64,000 nt of DNA from assembly GCF_009914755.1 (NCBI RefSeq), contig NC_060928.1, one strand, 5' to 3'. A model generated the notes under the pieces. That model was given only the letters and a program-made list of their open reading frames with translations. It did no database searches and was not told the DNA's origin. Positions 40,449-58,276 of this stretch are shown one piece after another. Origin of the DNA: the human T2T-CHM13v2.0 reference genome, Homo sapiens. The first letter of the stretch is position 1, and each line of letters begins with the position of its first letter. The translations under genes and the position numbers were made by a program.

Positions 40449-41191
40449 TATACCCAGAAGAAATAAAAACATATTTCTACATGAAAACATATACACAAAT
40501 ATTTATAGCAGTATTATTCATAATAGCCAAAATATGGACACAGCCCAATGTCAATCAATGGATGAATGTAGCAGCAAACTGTGTTATATCTATATGATGC
40601 ATAGCATTCAGCCACAAAAAGAAATGAGGTTTTGATGCGCGTTTTGAAACAGATAAACGTTGAAACCACTACGCTAAGTGAAAAATGTTACAAAATACTA
40701 TCTGTCATTTGTATCTATGATACCATTCATATGAATATCCAGAATAGGGAAATCTATAGAAACAGAAAGGGTAGTATGGGTTGTTTAGAGCTGAGTAAAG
40801 GCTGTCACGCGAATCGTGTGGTGGTACCTGAAGGACACGTAAGTTCTTCTTCAGGTAAAGAAAATGCTTTAAAATTGACTATGATGATGGCTTCACATAT
40901 TTGTGAATTTACTAATGACCATTGAATTGTACACTATAAATGGTTAAATTGCATGTATAAAACTATATTTCAATAAAGAATATATAATCCATTTATTCAA
41001 AAAGGTGAAAGGAATACTAGTACAGACATGGAAGGTATTAAAAACGCAAACAGAGCATCTAGAAAAGAACATAATATTGCAGATGAAATATGCTGAACAG
41101 TGTTAACAGCAGATTGGACATCAAGGAAGATTAGTGAAGTACAAGATACAGCAAGAGACACCATCCAAAATGGAAACTGGAAAGAAAAAAG

Positions 41192-44100
41192 AATTATTTA
41201 TTTTTTATTTTTGTGGGGACACAGTAAGTGTATAAGTTTATGGGGTACATAAGATATGCTGATTCAGGCATACAAAGCATAATAATCATATAAAGGTAAA
41301 TGAGATGTCCATTCCTTCAAGCGTTTATCCTTCGTTTGAATTACAAACAATCCAATTATATACTTTTAGTTATTTTTAAATGTACAATAATTATTGACTA
41401 CAGTCACTCTGTTGTGCTATCAAATACTAGATATTATTCATCCTATCTATGTTTTTGTACCCATTAACCAATCCCCAAATCCCCCACCCTACTACTCTTC
41501 CCAGTATCTGGTAATGGCCATTTTACTCTCTATCTCCACGCATTCAATAATTTTAATTTTCAGTTCCCAAGTGAGAACATGTGAAGTGTATCTTTCTGTG
41601 CCTGGCTTATTTCACTTAACATAATGATCTCCAGTTCCATCCATGTTGTTGCAGACAACTGAATCACATTTTTTCATGGCTGAATAGTACTCCATTGTGT
41701 TAATGTATCACATTTTTTATTCATTCATCTGTTGATGGACACTTAGATTGCTTCCAAATCTTGGCTATTATGAATAGTGTTACAATAAATATGGGAGCGC
41801 AGAGATCTCTTTGGTATACTGATTTCCTTTGAGTATGTATCTGGCAGTGGGATTGCTGGATCCTATTATGGAAGTTCTATTTTTAGTTTTTTGAGGAACT
41901 TCCAAACTGTCCTTCAGAGTAATTGTATTAATTTACATTTCCAGCAACAATGTATGAGGGTCCCTTTTCTCCACATCCTTGCCAGCATTAATTATTGCCT
42001 ATCTTTTGTATAAAATCCATTTTAACTGGGTTGAGATGATATCTCAATATAGTTTTGATTGGCATTTCTCTAATGATCAATGATATTGAGCACATTTTCA
42101 TATACCTGTTTGCTGTTTCTATGTCTTCTTTTGAGAAATGTCTATTTAGATCTTTTGCACATTTTTAAATCAGATTATTAGATTTGTCCCTATTGCATTG
42201 TTTGAGCTCTTTATATATTCTGGTTATTGATCCTTTGTCAGATGGGTAGTTTGCTAATATTTTCTCCCATTCTATGAATTGTCTCCTTCTTGATTGTTTC
42301 CTTTGCTGTGAAGAAGTTTTTAAAGTTGATGTGAAACCGTTTGTTCATTTTTGCTTTGGTTGCCTGTTTTTGTGAAATATTGCTCAAAAATCTTTATTTG
42401 TGGAATATTACTCAAGAAATAACAGTCCAATGTCCCAGAGAGTTTCCTCAATGTTTTCATTTAGTAGTTTCGTAGATTTCATAGGTTCATATTTTTAATC
42501 AATTTTGATTTTATTTTCATATATGGTAAGAGATAGGTCTAGTTTCATTCTTCTGCATATGAATATCCAGTTTTCCCAGCACCATTTATTGAAGAGGCTG
42601 TTCTTTCCCCAATGTATGTTCTCAGCACCTTTGTTAAAAATGAGCTTACTGTAGGTGTATAAATTTGTTTCTGTGTTCTCTACTCTGTTCCATTGGTCTA
42701 TGTGTTTGTTTTAATGCCAGTACCATCCTGTTTTGATTACTATAGTTCTGTGTTATAATTTGAAATCAGGTATTGTGATATTTCCAGTTTTCACTCAGGA
42801 TTGCTTTGGGTACTGTGTGTCTTTTGTGGTTCCACGTAAATTTTAGAATTTTTTTCTATTTTTGTGAAAAATGTTATTGGTACTTTGATAAGGATTTCAT
42901 TGAGTCAGTAGATTGCTTGCCAAAGTATGTACATTTTAACAATATTCATTCTTACATTCCAAGAACATGGAATGTGCTTCCTTATTTTGTGTCCTCTTTA
43001 ATATTTTTCATCAATGTTTTATAGTTTTTATTACATAGATCTTTCACTTCTTTGGTTAAGTTAATTTTGAGATATTTTATTTTATTTGTAGTTATTGTAA
43101 ATGGGATGACTTTCTTGATTACTTTTTCAGAGAGTTCACTGTTAGCAAATAGAAATGCAATTAATTCTTGTATATTGATTTTATGTTCTGCAACTTTACT
43201 GACAATTTATCAGTTCTGATAGGTTTTTGGTGGAGTCTTTAGGTTTTTCCATATATAAGATTATATCTGCAAACAAGGATAATTTGGCTTTTTCATTCTA
43301 ATTTCGATGCCCTTATTCCTTCCTCTTATCTGATTGTTCTATCTAGGATGTCCAATACTATGTCGAATAACAGGTGTAAAAGTGGGCATCTTTGTTGTGT
43401 TCCAGATCTTGAGGAAAGGCTTTCAGCTTTTCCCCATTCAGTATGATACTAGCTGTGAATCTGTCATATGTGGCTTTTTTATGTTAAGGTATGTTTCTTT
43501 TATACTCAAGTTTTTGAGACTTTTTATCATGAAGAGATGTTGAATTTTATCAAATGCTTTTTCAGCATCAATTGAAATGATCACACGGCTTTCATCCTTC
43601 ATTCTGTTATACGATGTATCACATTAGTTGATTTGCGCATGTTGAACCATCTTTGTATCCCTGGGATAAATTTCACTTAAATATGATGAATAATCTTTTC
43701 AATGTTTGGTTTAATTCAGTTTTCCAGTATTTTGTTAAAAATTTTTGCATCAAGGTTTATCAAGCATAAACATTACTTTTCTTTTCTTTTTTTTTTTTTT
43801 TTTGATGTGTCTTTGTCTGGTTTTGGTATCAGGGTAATACTGTCCTCCTAGAATGAGTTTGGAAGTATTCTGCCCACCTCTATTTTTCAGAATAAAGAGG
43901 ATTGATATTAATTCTTCTTTAAATGTCTGGGAAAATTCAGCAGTGAAGCCATCAGCTTCGAGACTTTTCTTTGCTGGAAGACTTTTTATTACAGCTTTGA
44001 TCTTGTTACTTATTACTGGTCTAAGTTTTGGATTTCTTCCTGATTTAATAATGGTAGATTGTATGTGTCTAGGGATTTATTCATTTCTTTCAGGTTTTCC

Positions 44101-44230
44101 AATTTATTGGCATATAGTTGCTCATAGTAGCCTCTAATAATTCCTAACATTTCTGCATGGTATCAATTGTCATGTCTCCTTTTTCCCTCTGGTTTTATTT
44201 AAGTCTCCTCTCTTTTTTTCTTAGTTAATC
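41192..44230 (-). mobile_element. L1MA (about L1MA2) 3' 3 kb
   Basis: 3' UTR ttacaaacaatccaattatatacttttagttattttt...ctgttgtgctatcaaatactag, followed by antisense ORF2. Confidence 0.9.
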
Positions 44231-44599
44231 CAACTAACTTTCCTGTATATAACAATTGCAAAAGTCTGAATAAAATATTTTTTTAAAAAACAACTATTTG
44301 AGGGGACTTAGAGGGGCAACCAAAAAATGGGCAAAAACTAAAAGTGAGGCACCTCTTGGCAGAGGATTGCATCAGGTGAGATTGGCAAGTTTGCAACTTT
44401 TTGCCTCTGACAGTCTTCAAGCCAGACAAAACAGGATGCCCAAAAGCTATGTTCTTTATTGGTTTACAACTTTAGAATATAAAGGGTCATGTTGAAAGAG
44501 ACTGGAATATTGGAGAAAAAGGAAAAAAGAATGGGCCAAAGAAAGGCAAGCCTCAAAATCTGTGTTAAAAATTGCTCAAGTCTTCCTCAACTAATCCAT

Positions 44600-45620
44600 G
44601 CCAAGGTCTTCACGCCCACTTTTATCCCTTACATATGAAGAATTCCCATCATTGTCCACTACTCACTTTGACATCAGTGTTTTCTTCACTGCTTTAGTAC
44701 AGGGTACTCTTAGGGACATAGAGAAGGAGTTGGTGATAGAGTCATACGTGCCTAGTTCACTCCGATATTCCACATTCCTCCACTCTCCGAATCCTTCCTT
44801 TGTATTATACCAAGGCATAGACGGAGTCTCAGCTTCATTTGATATAGGCCTCCACTGGGTCTCAGATGCAGCCATAGGCCACAGACTGGGCATGCAGGGG
44901 CAGTCCCCACGCCTGAGCAGCTGGATGGAGCGCAGAACCTCTGGCGAGGGTGTCCATGCTAAGCCTAGCCCAGCAAAATGCCAGGCTTCTATTTTCCTAG
45001 TCTGGGGAGGATGTGCAGCCTAAAAAAAATCCTACATATATTTCCCAGATTGTTGGTAGTAAAGATTGATAATATCTTAGGAAAATGTTGCCTTTCTGCC
45101 ATTGCACCAACCATTTTCCAGGTCTGACTCTGCAGTGGACTCCACAGGGCATACAAGAACCCACGAGCCATGAGGTGTGGCTGGATATAACATTAGGAGA
45201 AATTGCTTCTTCCTGAAGAGCTGCTTTCTCCTGCCAGGTGGCCACAGAGTTTTCAGTAAAGTCGAGGACAGTTTTATCAGACTGGAAAAGAGGCTGCTTC
45301 ACCTGATAAGGGAGGTTTGGTTGGGCTCAGAACTTTTGATTATGCTGATTCATTTGAATCTTCTCCAATGTTCCCATCTAATCTTTCAATGCACACTCTT
45401 CCCCAACCAATAGTCTGACTCTGATATATTGATTATTCTCTTTAGAGATAGGAGATACTACCAAATGGTTACAGAGACACCGCACTTCTTTTAACATGCA
45501 TTGAGTTGAGATTTTGAAGTTTTAAGCTGCTGATGTATTTCCAACAGTGTCAGACATAGCCAGCACACCCCACATTCCTGCCATTCCGCGTGCCTTTCGT
45601 AGGGGTCTGTAATTGCAGTG
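44600..45620 (-). mobile_element. Ancient ERVL internal (gag-like) fragment
   Basis: Minus-strand peptide ETQWRPISNEAETPSMPWYNTKEG resembles ERVL Gag (W.KRWPT.SE.EMP.LPW..VEEG). Boundaries are approximate. Confidence 0.6.
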
Positions 45621-46849
45621 ACACCAATTTGCCACTTCATGTTACAGACTTTAGGAGTCCCACTCTATGCCAGACAACCAAGCTCTAGTTCCCAGTTCCT
45701 TCAAGGTCTGTTATTGTACCACGGTTTGGCGGGGTGGGGGGGTGGGGGTTCATTGATGCAAGCAACAAAATATAATTTTTGCTTTAATCAGCAAATGAAT
45801 GTACTTAAAAAATCAAATTAGTGCCTATCACCCCTGGGAGGGCCTGAAAATCCACTGAGAGACACAGGTAGGAACAATTCTCAAATGCTCTCCTGGCCCA
45901 TTTGCAAATAATCCTTTGGTCACTGGTGCCACTGCTGCTGGAACATCTGCCTCTGAGGCCTCTAAAAGCCATTTGTTTCTCCCCTGTCCCTGTCAAGCAG
46001 AGTGCATCCTTGCCTTTCTTCTGCATCCATGTGTCATGCCCGTGCACATATTTGACAGGAACTGGGTCAGGGTTTAGCCTCCTGGCTGTCAGGTGGGCTA
46101 GAGAAAGGACTTCTAGTACATACTAAGTGACCATGGGTTACAACGTGAGGATGCTCTCAAAGTAGAAATCAGCAACTCAAAAGCTATGGATTGTCCCCAC
46201 TCATGACATGCTCCTCTCATCTACATAACTAAATATTTGGCTTGTACTTCTACTGCTGGATGTATCATGCTTAGATAATGTCTTTGGAAGAGGTGAATAT
46301 GAATGGTAGGTAGGCTTCTGGCCAGCTTCCACCATGGAGAGAGAGGAGGACATGAGTGTGCTGCTCCCTATCACAGGGATACTGCCCTCGTTTTTGTTTC
46401 TGTTCCTCCACCCACCGCTTTTATATTCACTCATTGTGCTCTGCTTTCTTGCTGTTCCTCACATTTACTGTAGGAGCCTCTCGCTAGGCAAGTAGGCCCC
46501 TTGCTTTGAGTGCAGCTCTGGGTTTTTAGTGTGAGGTCAGCCCCCGCTGTCCCTGCGGGTCAGTGTGTGGGGCTGGAGTTGGGGAGGCATGCTCTGGAGA
46601 ATCGAGGTCTGACCACACTCCTCTACCTACCGACCTGGTGATTGCCAGCTCTCCCCTCCAGGTCTTGTGGAGTGAAATTTTTTCACTCCAAGTTTGATGA
46701 TGATTTTCTGAATATGTTCTTATGCTGGAAAAGAGATGCTCTGATGTATTTTATTTTTCAGAGCTGTTTTGTTTTCTCATGTTCTTTCTTCCAGAAATGT
46801 TTTGCAGTATTTCTACTGAGGACACCCTTCTTTTCTTAACATCACGTCT

Positions 46850-46990
46850 GCAAGTTGTATACTATTATTCTCACTTTGATAGCAGAAAACTGAGGTTTAG
46901 ACCATTTAAGCAATTTGCCAAATGCTGATAAGAAGGCAGGATGTTAACTCAATGCCATTGAACTCCAGAGCCCAGTATCTTAACTTCTGT
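46850..46990 (-). mobile_element. MIR fragment
   Basis: tattattctcacttt...gaaaactgaggtttaga...ttaagcaatttgccaaa...actccagagccc. Confidence 0.6.
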
Positions 46991-47247
46991 GGGAAGTTGC
47001 TCTTAAGTAACAATTATCTTCCCTGACATCATTACTCAGCATTCTAAAGATCCCACTAATTTGAAATCATGAGCATTTTTATAATGTGAAATTATGAGGA
47101 CTAGTATTTTACCTAGTTAATCATGACTGGCACCAAATTCATATCTAACTACAGGCCCAATGATTTATCCAAGGCTAATGTTTCCCAAATGCCACCTTTA
47201 CTCTTCTCAAAGAATGAGACAAATTTTCCAAGCCCATCCTTCACCAA

Positions 47248-47719
47248 CATAGGGGATCAAAATATGCTTCCCCAAAATAAGACACGTTGGCATATTAACT
47301 ATTCTGAGTTAAAGGCACCTGAAAAATAGCAAATGCAAGAGAGGCACTCTGAACTTATCTTTTCTTTGTGAAAGCAAGAGATCAAACTCCCATGTGAAAG
47401 GTGCCCTCCCTGTACCAGGAGGAAGAAAGGCATTGTTATCAGGGATGGAGAGATGAGGCTGGGAGAAATCGGTTTAAACAAACCTTGTTAAACTCACCCT
47501 TACCTTCCTAATCACTTTTCCACAATTGGCTGCTCTCACCTGAGGCCCCTTGTCTTGTTAGGTTTTCACAATGTATGACTCTTTGTCCAAACTAGTGTAC
47601 AAGTGTTCAGCACTGACTCTTCTTTGGGTCTTCATTTTTCTTGTGAGGGTTTCCATGTGCATGCAAAAATTACTATTAAAATTTGTATACATTTCTTCTA
47701 CTAATCTGTGTTGTGTCTG

Positions 47720-47720
<1 letters not shown>
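47248..47720 (+). mobile_element. MER34-family ERV1 LTR (3' end truncated by L1)
   Basis: ggggatcaaaatatgcttccccaaaata...ttggcatatt...gtgccctccctgtaccaggaggaaga...ttctttgggtcttcattt. Confidence 0.75.
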
Positions 47721-51400
<3,680 letters not shown>

Positions 51401-51797
51401 TCAAATTCTGTTTCATAAACTACCAATACTTTTGATAATATGTGAATGATATTTCAAATGTGGACTTTAATGAATTTTTCTCAGGTATGGGAACCATATC
51501 TCTGGCCCGTGAATACCCAAATATGATGTAATATTTACCAAATTAAACATGGAATAATTTTTAAATCAATGGTTCTAATTTTTTTTTTAATGATTATGAT
51601 TTTTGTCTCACTTTCCTCATCAGTCAAAGAGCTATTAATGGTAACTACCTCATATGGTTGGGTGAGGATTAAATAAAATACACTAGCATTTCATGGATAT
51701 AGCATATGATGATGATGATAATGACACATTGATGATTATTATATTCTACCCCCTACTTGAAGCCACATCTACAAGATTGGATATTTGTGCCTAGCAC

Positions 51798-52049
51798 AGA
51801 GTTGCCAAATTTAGCAAATAAAAGCATAGGACACCCAATTAAATGCATATTTCAGATAAACAAGTAATTTTTTAGTATAAGCATGCAATACTTGAGACAT
51901 ACTTTAAATGAGTTTCAGATAAACAATCAGTAAGTTTTTAGTACAATTATGTCCCAAATATTACATGGGACATACTATTCCAAAAAATTATGCCTTACTT
52001 ATATGAAATTCAGATGTAACCAGTATCTTGTATTTTATCTGGTAATCTT
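51798..52049. mobile_element. MER53 palindromic MITE with internal duplication
   Basis: Termini agagttgccaaatttagcaaataaaa / ttttatctggtaatct and central palindrome tatgtcccaaatattacatgggacata. The tttcagataaacaa...tttttagta arm occurs twice. Confidence 0.8.
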
Positions 52050-54129
52050 AGTCTAACACAGAACAATCATTTTCATAAACATTTATAACTATAAAAGATA
52101 ATTTTATTTTTATAATGGATTGTGACATTATTGAATTAGTACTTTAAGACAAATCAATGAAACTAATTGTACATTATATAGTCAATAATTTGACAGTCTA
52201 GAATATTGGTAAGTCTACATTATTCCGTAGGAATTACATATACCCTGGAGTGACTCTTACATCTATGACTTAGGAGCTACATGACCTTGGACAACTTAAA
52301 TCATAATCTATATGAGCACAGATTTATTTCTTCTTTTTAAAAAAGTTAAATAAATTATACAATCTTCCTTATGTAGAATTGTTTAGAAGAGGTACATATA
52401 ATGCTGTCCTCTCCAAAAATTACATTGTTCCTTTTTTCTCCTTCCTCTCTCAGATTTAAGACAGGCTTTGAGAACAGCATCTGCACTGCTCTTTCAATTT
52501 TAATTGTAATTTGCAAAGGTGAATTTTGCAAAGGTAAAACAGACTAGTAGACTGATTAAATGAATTAGATGCTAAAAGGGAAACAAAAGAGAGAGGTCAA
52601 AAATAACTCTAAGCTGTGGGTGAGAAAAAGAGAAGGAAAGAATGAAGTCACTATTGAAAGAGCATGAATATAAAAGAAAGCAGGTTTGAGAGAAAAGACA
52701 GTTGAGTTTTACAAATAATGAGTTTGAAATAATGGTGAATTCTTGCGAGCCTTCTAGTTGGGCTCCTAAAACATGATCCTTATTATCTTAATTTATTATC
52801 TTAATTTCTTCTCTTCTATTATCATTATGTATCAATCAATAAGCTAGTTATTGTAAGGTACCTGAGATATTACCAGGAACACAGTAAGGCTCAATTAATA
52901 TCAGCTATAATTTAATTTGTTTTGGCTATTGTCATTTTTATTATCATTTCAACCAATTTGAAATTGTAATATCATTCTTAACCATTTCTTAATATATTCT
53001 AAGATTTTTTCTTTCTTTTGTATCTACTAACATTATTATACTAAATTTACAATTATAAAGAAGAAAGAAATGTCATTTTCTCAAGTTTCCTCTGATCATT
53101 AGGAAAACCCAAAACTCACTCCAAACCCTTCTTGTTCCTATAAAAATTATCTCTACTTTCTTAATCTTTTATTCAGAATCACAATAGGTGTGTATTTAAA
53201 GAAACACAAGCTTTCTATTTCATATACGTTCATATTCATTATTTATATTTAGGTAAATATATGCTTATTATTTAAACTTCAGAAAAAATAGAAAAGTTGG
53301 AAGAAGAAAAAAGTGACTCATATTGCTAAACCACAATATTATCCATTAACATTTTTAGTATTTTTGATGTAAGAGTGTTATGAAGACCACTTCCACAGTT
53401 GTATATCCAAATTGTATATCCCAGATTTTAGACTTTATCATGTGATTTAAGCTTTTCCCAGCCACTGAGGAATATTTGTTTTTTGTTGCTGATGTGAATT
53501 TCTAAGATGTGAGTTTATACAATCATGATACAGTCTGAGATATAAGTTTATACATCATATTAAATCTAAAAATAATTGAATTGAACAACTTCAGAAACTT
53601 CTAAAGAACAATGGCTCCTATAAGTTAGCTTTAGCACACAAAAGTCTATCCCTGGCAGCCTGGATTATTTCTCTTGGAGCCCACATAATTAACATAGATG
53701 ATGGCTGGCTCGTTACAGAGAAACAGGAATCTACATATCCATCAGTGTTTGGGACTGCCTTAGGATTGCCCATTTGGCCCAAACTTAATCCTGATGCCAT
53801 TTGTGCTCTTCACCCTCCATATCAACTACTGGAATATCATTCTAAATTTTTGATCCCTTTTTTAATGCTCCCTTCAGTCTAATTTCAACTCATTAACATC
53901 AAAATATTCTTGTCTCTTAATTTCAAAAGGAAGAAATATCCATTTCTGTTGATTCTGCCTCCAACCAATGACATGCTTCTGTGTGCAAGCTTTATCCTGT
54001 CACTTCCTTGAATAACATCCTAATTGGCTCACTTGGCTTTCAGAAAATTGGTAGACTCTTAGCTTGGTGTAAAGAGTCCTTCATGACTTGATCCCTCACT
54101 AGGACTTTCTTCTTTATTTTAGAAATTAA

Positions 54130-56460
54130 ATATACACAAATTAAATAACATGATTTGCCATATAAACAGAATTAAAAACAAAAACCATATGATCATCTCA
54201 ATTGACATGAAAAAAGCTTTCGACAAAATCCAATACCCCTTCATCATAAAAACCCCCAAGAAATTAGGCATTGAAGTAATATATGTCAAAATAATAAGAG
54301 CGATCTATGACAAACCCACAGCCAACATCATACTGAATGGGCAAAAGCTGGGAGCATTTTCCTTGAGAACTGGTACAGAGCAAGGATGCTCACTCTAACC
54401 ACTCCTGTTTAACATAGTACTGGAAGTGCTAGCCAGAACAATCAGGCAAGATAAAGAAATAAAGGGCATCCAAACAGGAAAAGAAGAAGTCAAAGTATCT
54501 CTCTTCATGGACAATATGATTCCACACATAGAAAACCCTAAAGACTCTACCCAAAGGCTCCTGGAACTGATAAATGATTTCAGCAAAGTTTCAGAATACA
54601 AGATCAATGTACAGAAATCAGTAGCATTACTATACACCAATAATATTCAAGCCAAGAAACAAATCAAGATTGTTATCTCATTTACAATAGCAATGAAAAA
54701 TTAAAACTCCTAGGAACACATCTAAACAACTAGATGGAAGAGCTCTACAAAGAGAACTACAAAACACTGCTAAAAGCAATTATGGATGACAGAAACAAAT
54801 AAAAAACATTTCATGCTCATGGATTGGAAGAATCAACATCATTAAAATGGCCATACTGCCCAAAGCAATTTACAGATTTGATGCTATTTCTATCAAACTA
54901 CCAACATACTTTTTCACAGGACTAGAAAAAATTATTCTAAAATTCATATAAAACCAAAAAAGAGTGCAAACAGCCAAAGCAATTCTAGGCAAAAAGAACA
55001 AAGCTGGAGGCATAACATCGCTTGACTTCAAACTATATTGAAGGCTACAGTAACAAAACAACGTGGTACTGGTACAAAAACAGATACATAGACCAAAGAA
55101 ACTGAGTAGAGAACCCACAAATAAAGCCATATACCTACAGCCGTCTGATTTTCTACAGTCAAAAGAAAATAAGCAATGAGGAAAAAGAGCTCATATTCAA
55201 TAAATGTTGCTGGGATAGTTGGCTTATGATACACAGAAGAATGAAACTGGACCCCTACTTGTCACCATATACAAAAATTAAATGAAGATGGATTAAAGAT
55301 TTAATTCTAAGACCTCAATCTATAAAAATAGAAGAAAACCCAGAAAGCTCCATTCCTGACATCAGCCTTGGGAACGAATGTATGACTAAGTCCTAAAAAA
55401 CAATTACAAAAATATTAGCAAAAAATTGACAAGTGGGGCCTAATTAAACTAAAGTGCTTCTGCACAGAAAAATAAACTATTCACAGAGTATTCAGACAAC
55501 CCACAAAATGGGAGAACACATTCACAAACTATGCATATCTAATTACATAAAGGTCTAATATCCAGGATCTACAAGGAACTTAGCAACAAAACAAGCAAAA
55601 AACAAGTCACCCCATTAAAAATGGGCAGAAGACATGAACAGATACTTCTCAAAAGAAGACCTATATGAGTGGCCAACAAACCTATGAAAAAATGTTCCAC
55701 ATGACTTATCATCAGAGAAATATAAATGAAAACCACAATGACATACCATCTAACACCAATCAGAATGGCTAAAGTAAAAAAAATAACAGATGCTGGTGAA
55801 GCTACGGAGAAAAGGGAGTGTTTATACACTGTTGGTGAGAGTATAAGTTAGTTCAAGCACTATGGAGGGCAGTTTGGAGATTTCTCAAAGAACTTGGAAC
55901 TACCATTCGACCCAGCAATCCCATTACTGGGAACATATTCAAAAGAAAACAAGTCATTCTACCAAAAAGACACATGTACTTCCACATTCATCACAGTACT
56001 ATTCACAATATCAAAGACATGGAATCAACCTTTGTGCCCATCAATGGCAGACTGGATAAAAAGAATGCGATATATATACACCATGGAATGTTTCTCAGCC
56101 ATAAAAAAATAAAATTATATCCTTTGCGGCAGCATAGATGCAGATGAAGGCTGCTATCCTAAGTGAATTAATGCAGGAACAGAAAAACCAAATACTGCAT
56201 GTTCTAATTTATAAGTGAGAGCTAAACATTGGGTACTCATGGACATAAAGATGGCAGCAGTAGATACTGGGGATTACTAAGGGGTAAGGGAGGAAGGGGG
56301 GAAGGGTTGAAAAACTAACTTTGGGGTACTATGCTCAGTACCTTGGTGATGGTGGTGGGATTCGTACTCCAAACCTCAGCATCACACAGTTTACCCAGGT
56401 AAGAAATTTACCTATGGACCCTGTGAATCTAATCTAAAATAAAAGTTGAAAAAAAAGAAA
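54130..56460 (+). mobile_element. L1PB (L1PB4-like) 3' 2.3 kb
   Basis: ORF2 peptides ([16 protein letters not shown]; SLFMDNMI) and 3' UTR ggacataaagatggc...aagggttgaaaaactaact...aaaataaaagttgaaaaaaaa. Confidence 0.9.
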
Positions 56461-56544
56461 TATCTTTTAATATACATGCTGAGTGGCACTTAGCTTTTTA
56501 AAAAAATTTTATTAATACATTATAACTGTACATATTTTGGGGGT

Positions 56545-56992
56545 TATCTTAATTTATTTTCTGTTGCTTATAACTGAATATCTAAAACAGTAATTTATTT
56601 TTTAGAAACAGAATTTATTTCTTACAATTATAGAGGCTGAGAAGTTCAGGGTCAAGGGGCTGCATCTGGTGAGGGCCTTCTTGCTGGTGGGAACACTCTG
56701 CAGAGTCCCCAGGCAGCATAGAGCATCATATGGTGAGGGGGCTCAGGGTACTAATTCAAGTCTCTTTTCCTGTTCTTATAAAGCCACCGGTTTTCTCCCC
56801 AAGAATAACCAATTAATCTATTAACTCATTCATGGATTAATGATTAATTGATAATAGGATTATCCATTTATAAGGGCAGAATCCTAATGATGTAACAACC
56901 TCTTAAAGGTCCCACTTCTCAATACTGCCACATTAAATTAGGGATTAAATTTCAACATGAATTTTGGAGGGGAAAATATTCAAACCACAGCA
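56545..56992 (-). mobile_element. MST (MSTC-like) solo LTR
   Basis: gcatctggtgagggccttcttgctggtggg...tttcaacatgaattttggagggg...caaaccacagca; 5-bp TSD gggtt/gagtt. Confidence 0.85.
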
Positions 56993-57929
56993 GAGTTACA
57001 ACTTGTTGTTTCCATACACATATACATATGACTACATCACAGTAGTTAATAGATTCATACTTTTATTCATTTATCCTTTTTGTGAGAACATTCAAAAACT
57101 TCTCTTTAGCTATTTTGTAATATATATTGTCTTATTTTTAACCACAGTAATCCTACTTTGCAATAGAACACCAGAACCTTATTCTTCCCATCTAATTCTA
57201 ACATTGTTTCCCTTAACCAACCTCTCCCCATCCTTCTCTTCACTGTTCCCTTTTCAGGTACTGATAATTACTGTTATACTCTCTACTTCTACTTCTATAA
57301 AATTAACTTTTTTCTTAAATTCTATATATTAGTGAGATCATGTGGTATTCGTCATTTTGTGCCTCCATTATTTTAGTTAGCACAATGTCTCCAGGTTCAT
57401 CCATTTTGTCTCAAATGAAAGACTATTATTCTTTTTTACAGCTGAATAGTATTATGTTGTATAGATAAACTACATTTTCTTCATCCATTCATCTCTTTTG
57501 GTAAATTTAGGTTAATTCCAAGTCTTGGCTATGTGAATTATGCTGCAGTAAACATGAAAGTGCAGATATCTCTTGATGTACTGAGTTAATTTCTTTTAAA
57601 CATACACGCAGCAGTGAGATTGCTAAATCCTATGGCAGTTCTATTTTTAATTTTTTGAGAAAATTCTATACTGTTTTTCATAACAGCTGTACTAATTTAC
57701 ATTTCAAACAGCAGTGTATAAGGGTTCCCTTTTCTCCAGATCCTCATCAACACTTGTTTTCGTCTGCCTTTTGAAAACAGCCATTCTAATTAGAGTGAGG
57801 TGGTATCTCATTAGGCTTTCAATTTACATTTTTGTGCTGATTAATAATGTTGAGTATTTGCATTTTTCATATATCTGTTGGCTATTTGTATGTCTTTTTT
57901 TGAAAAATGTGTATTAAGATCTTTGCCTA

Positions 57930-58276
<347 letters not shown>

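Larger units (their letters stand above)
34850..40980 (+). mobile_element. Old L1M (L1MB/MC-type) ORF2 and 3' end, split by MSTB and a MER6-like insertion
   Basis: RT-region peptides (MILYIENPKEFTKTLL). The L1 sequence is contiguous across the MST insertion (gaagttggactcc | ttatatacaaaaattaacccaaaatgg), and the 3' UTR ends near 40977. Confidence 0.85.
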
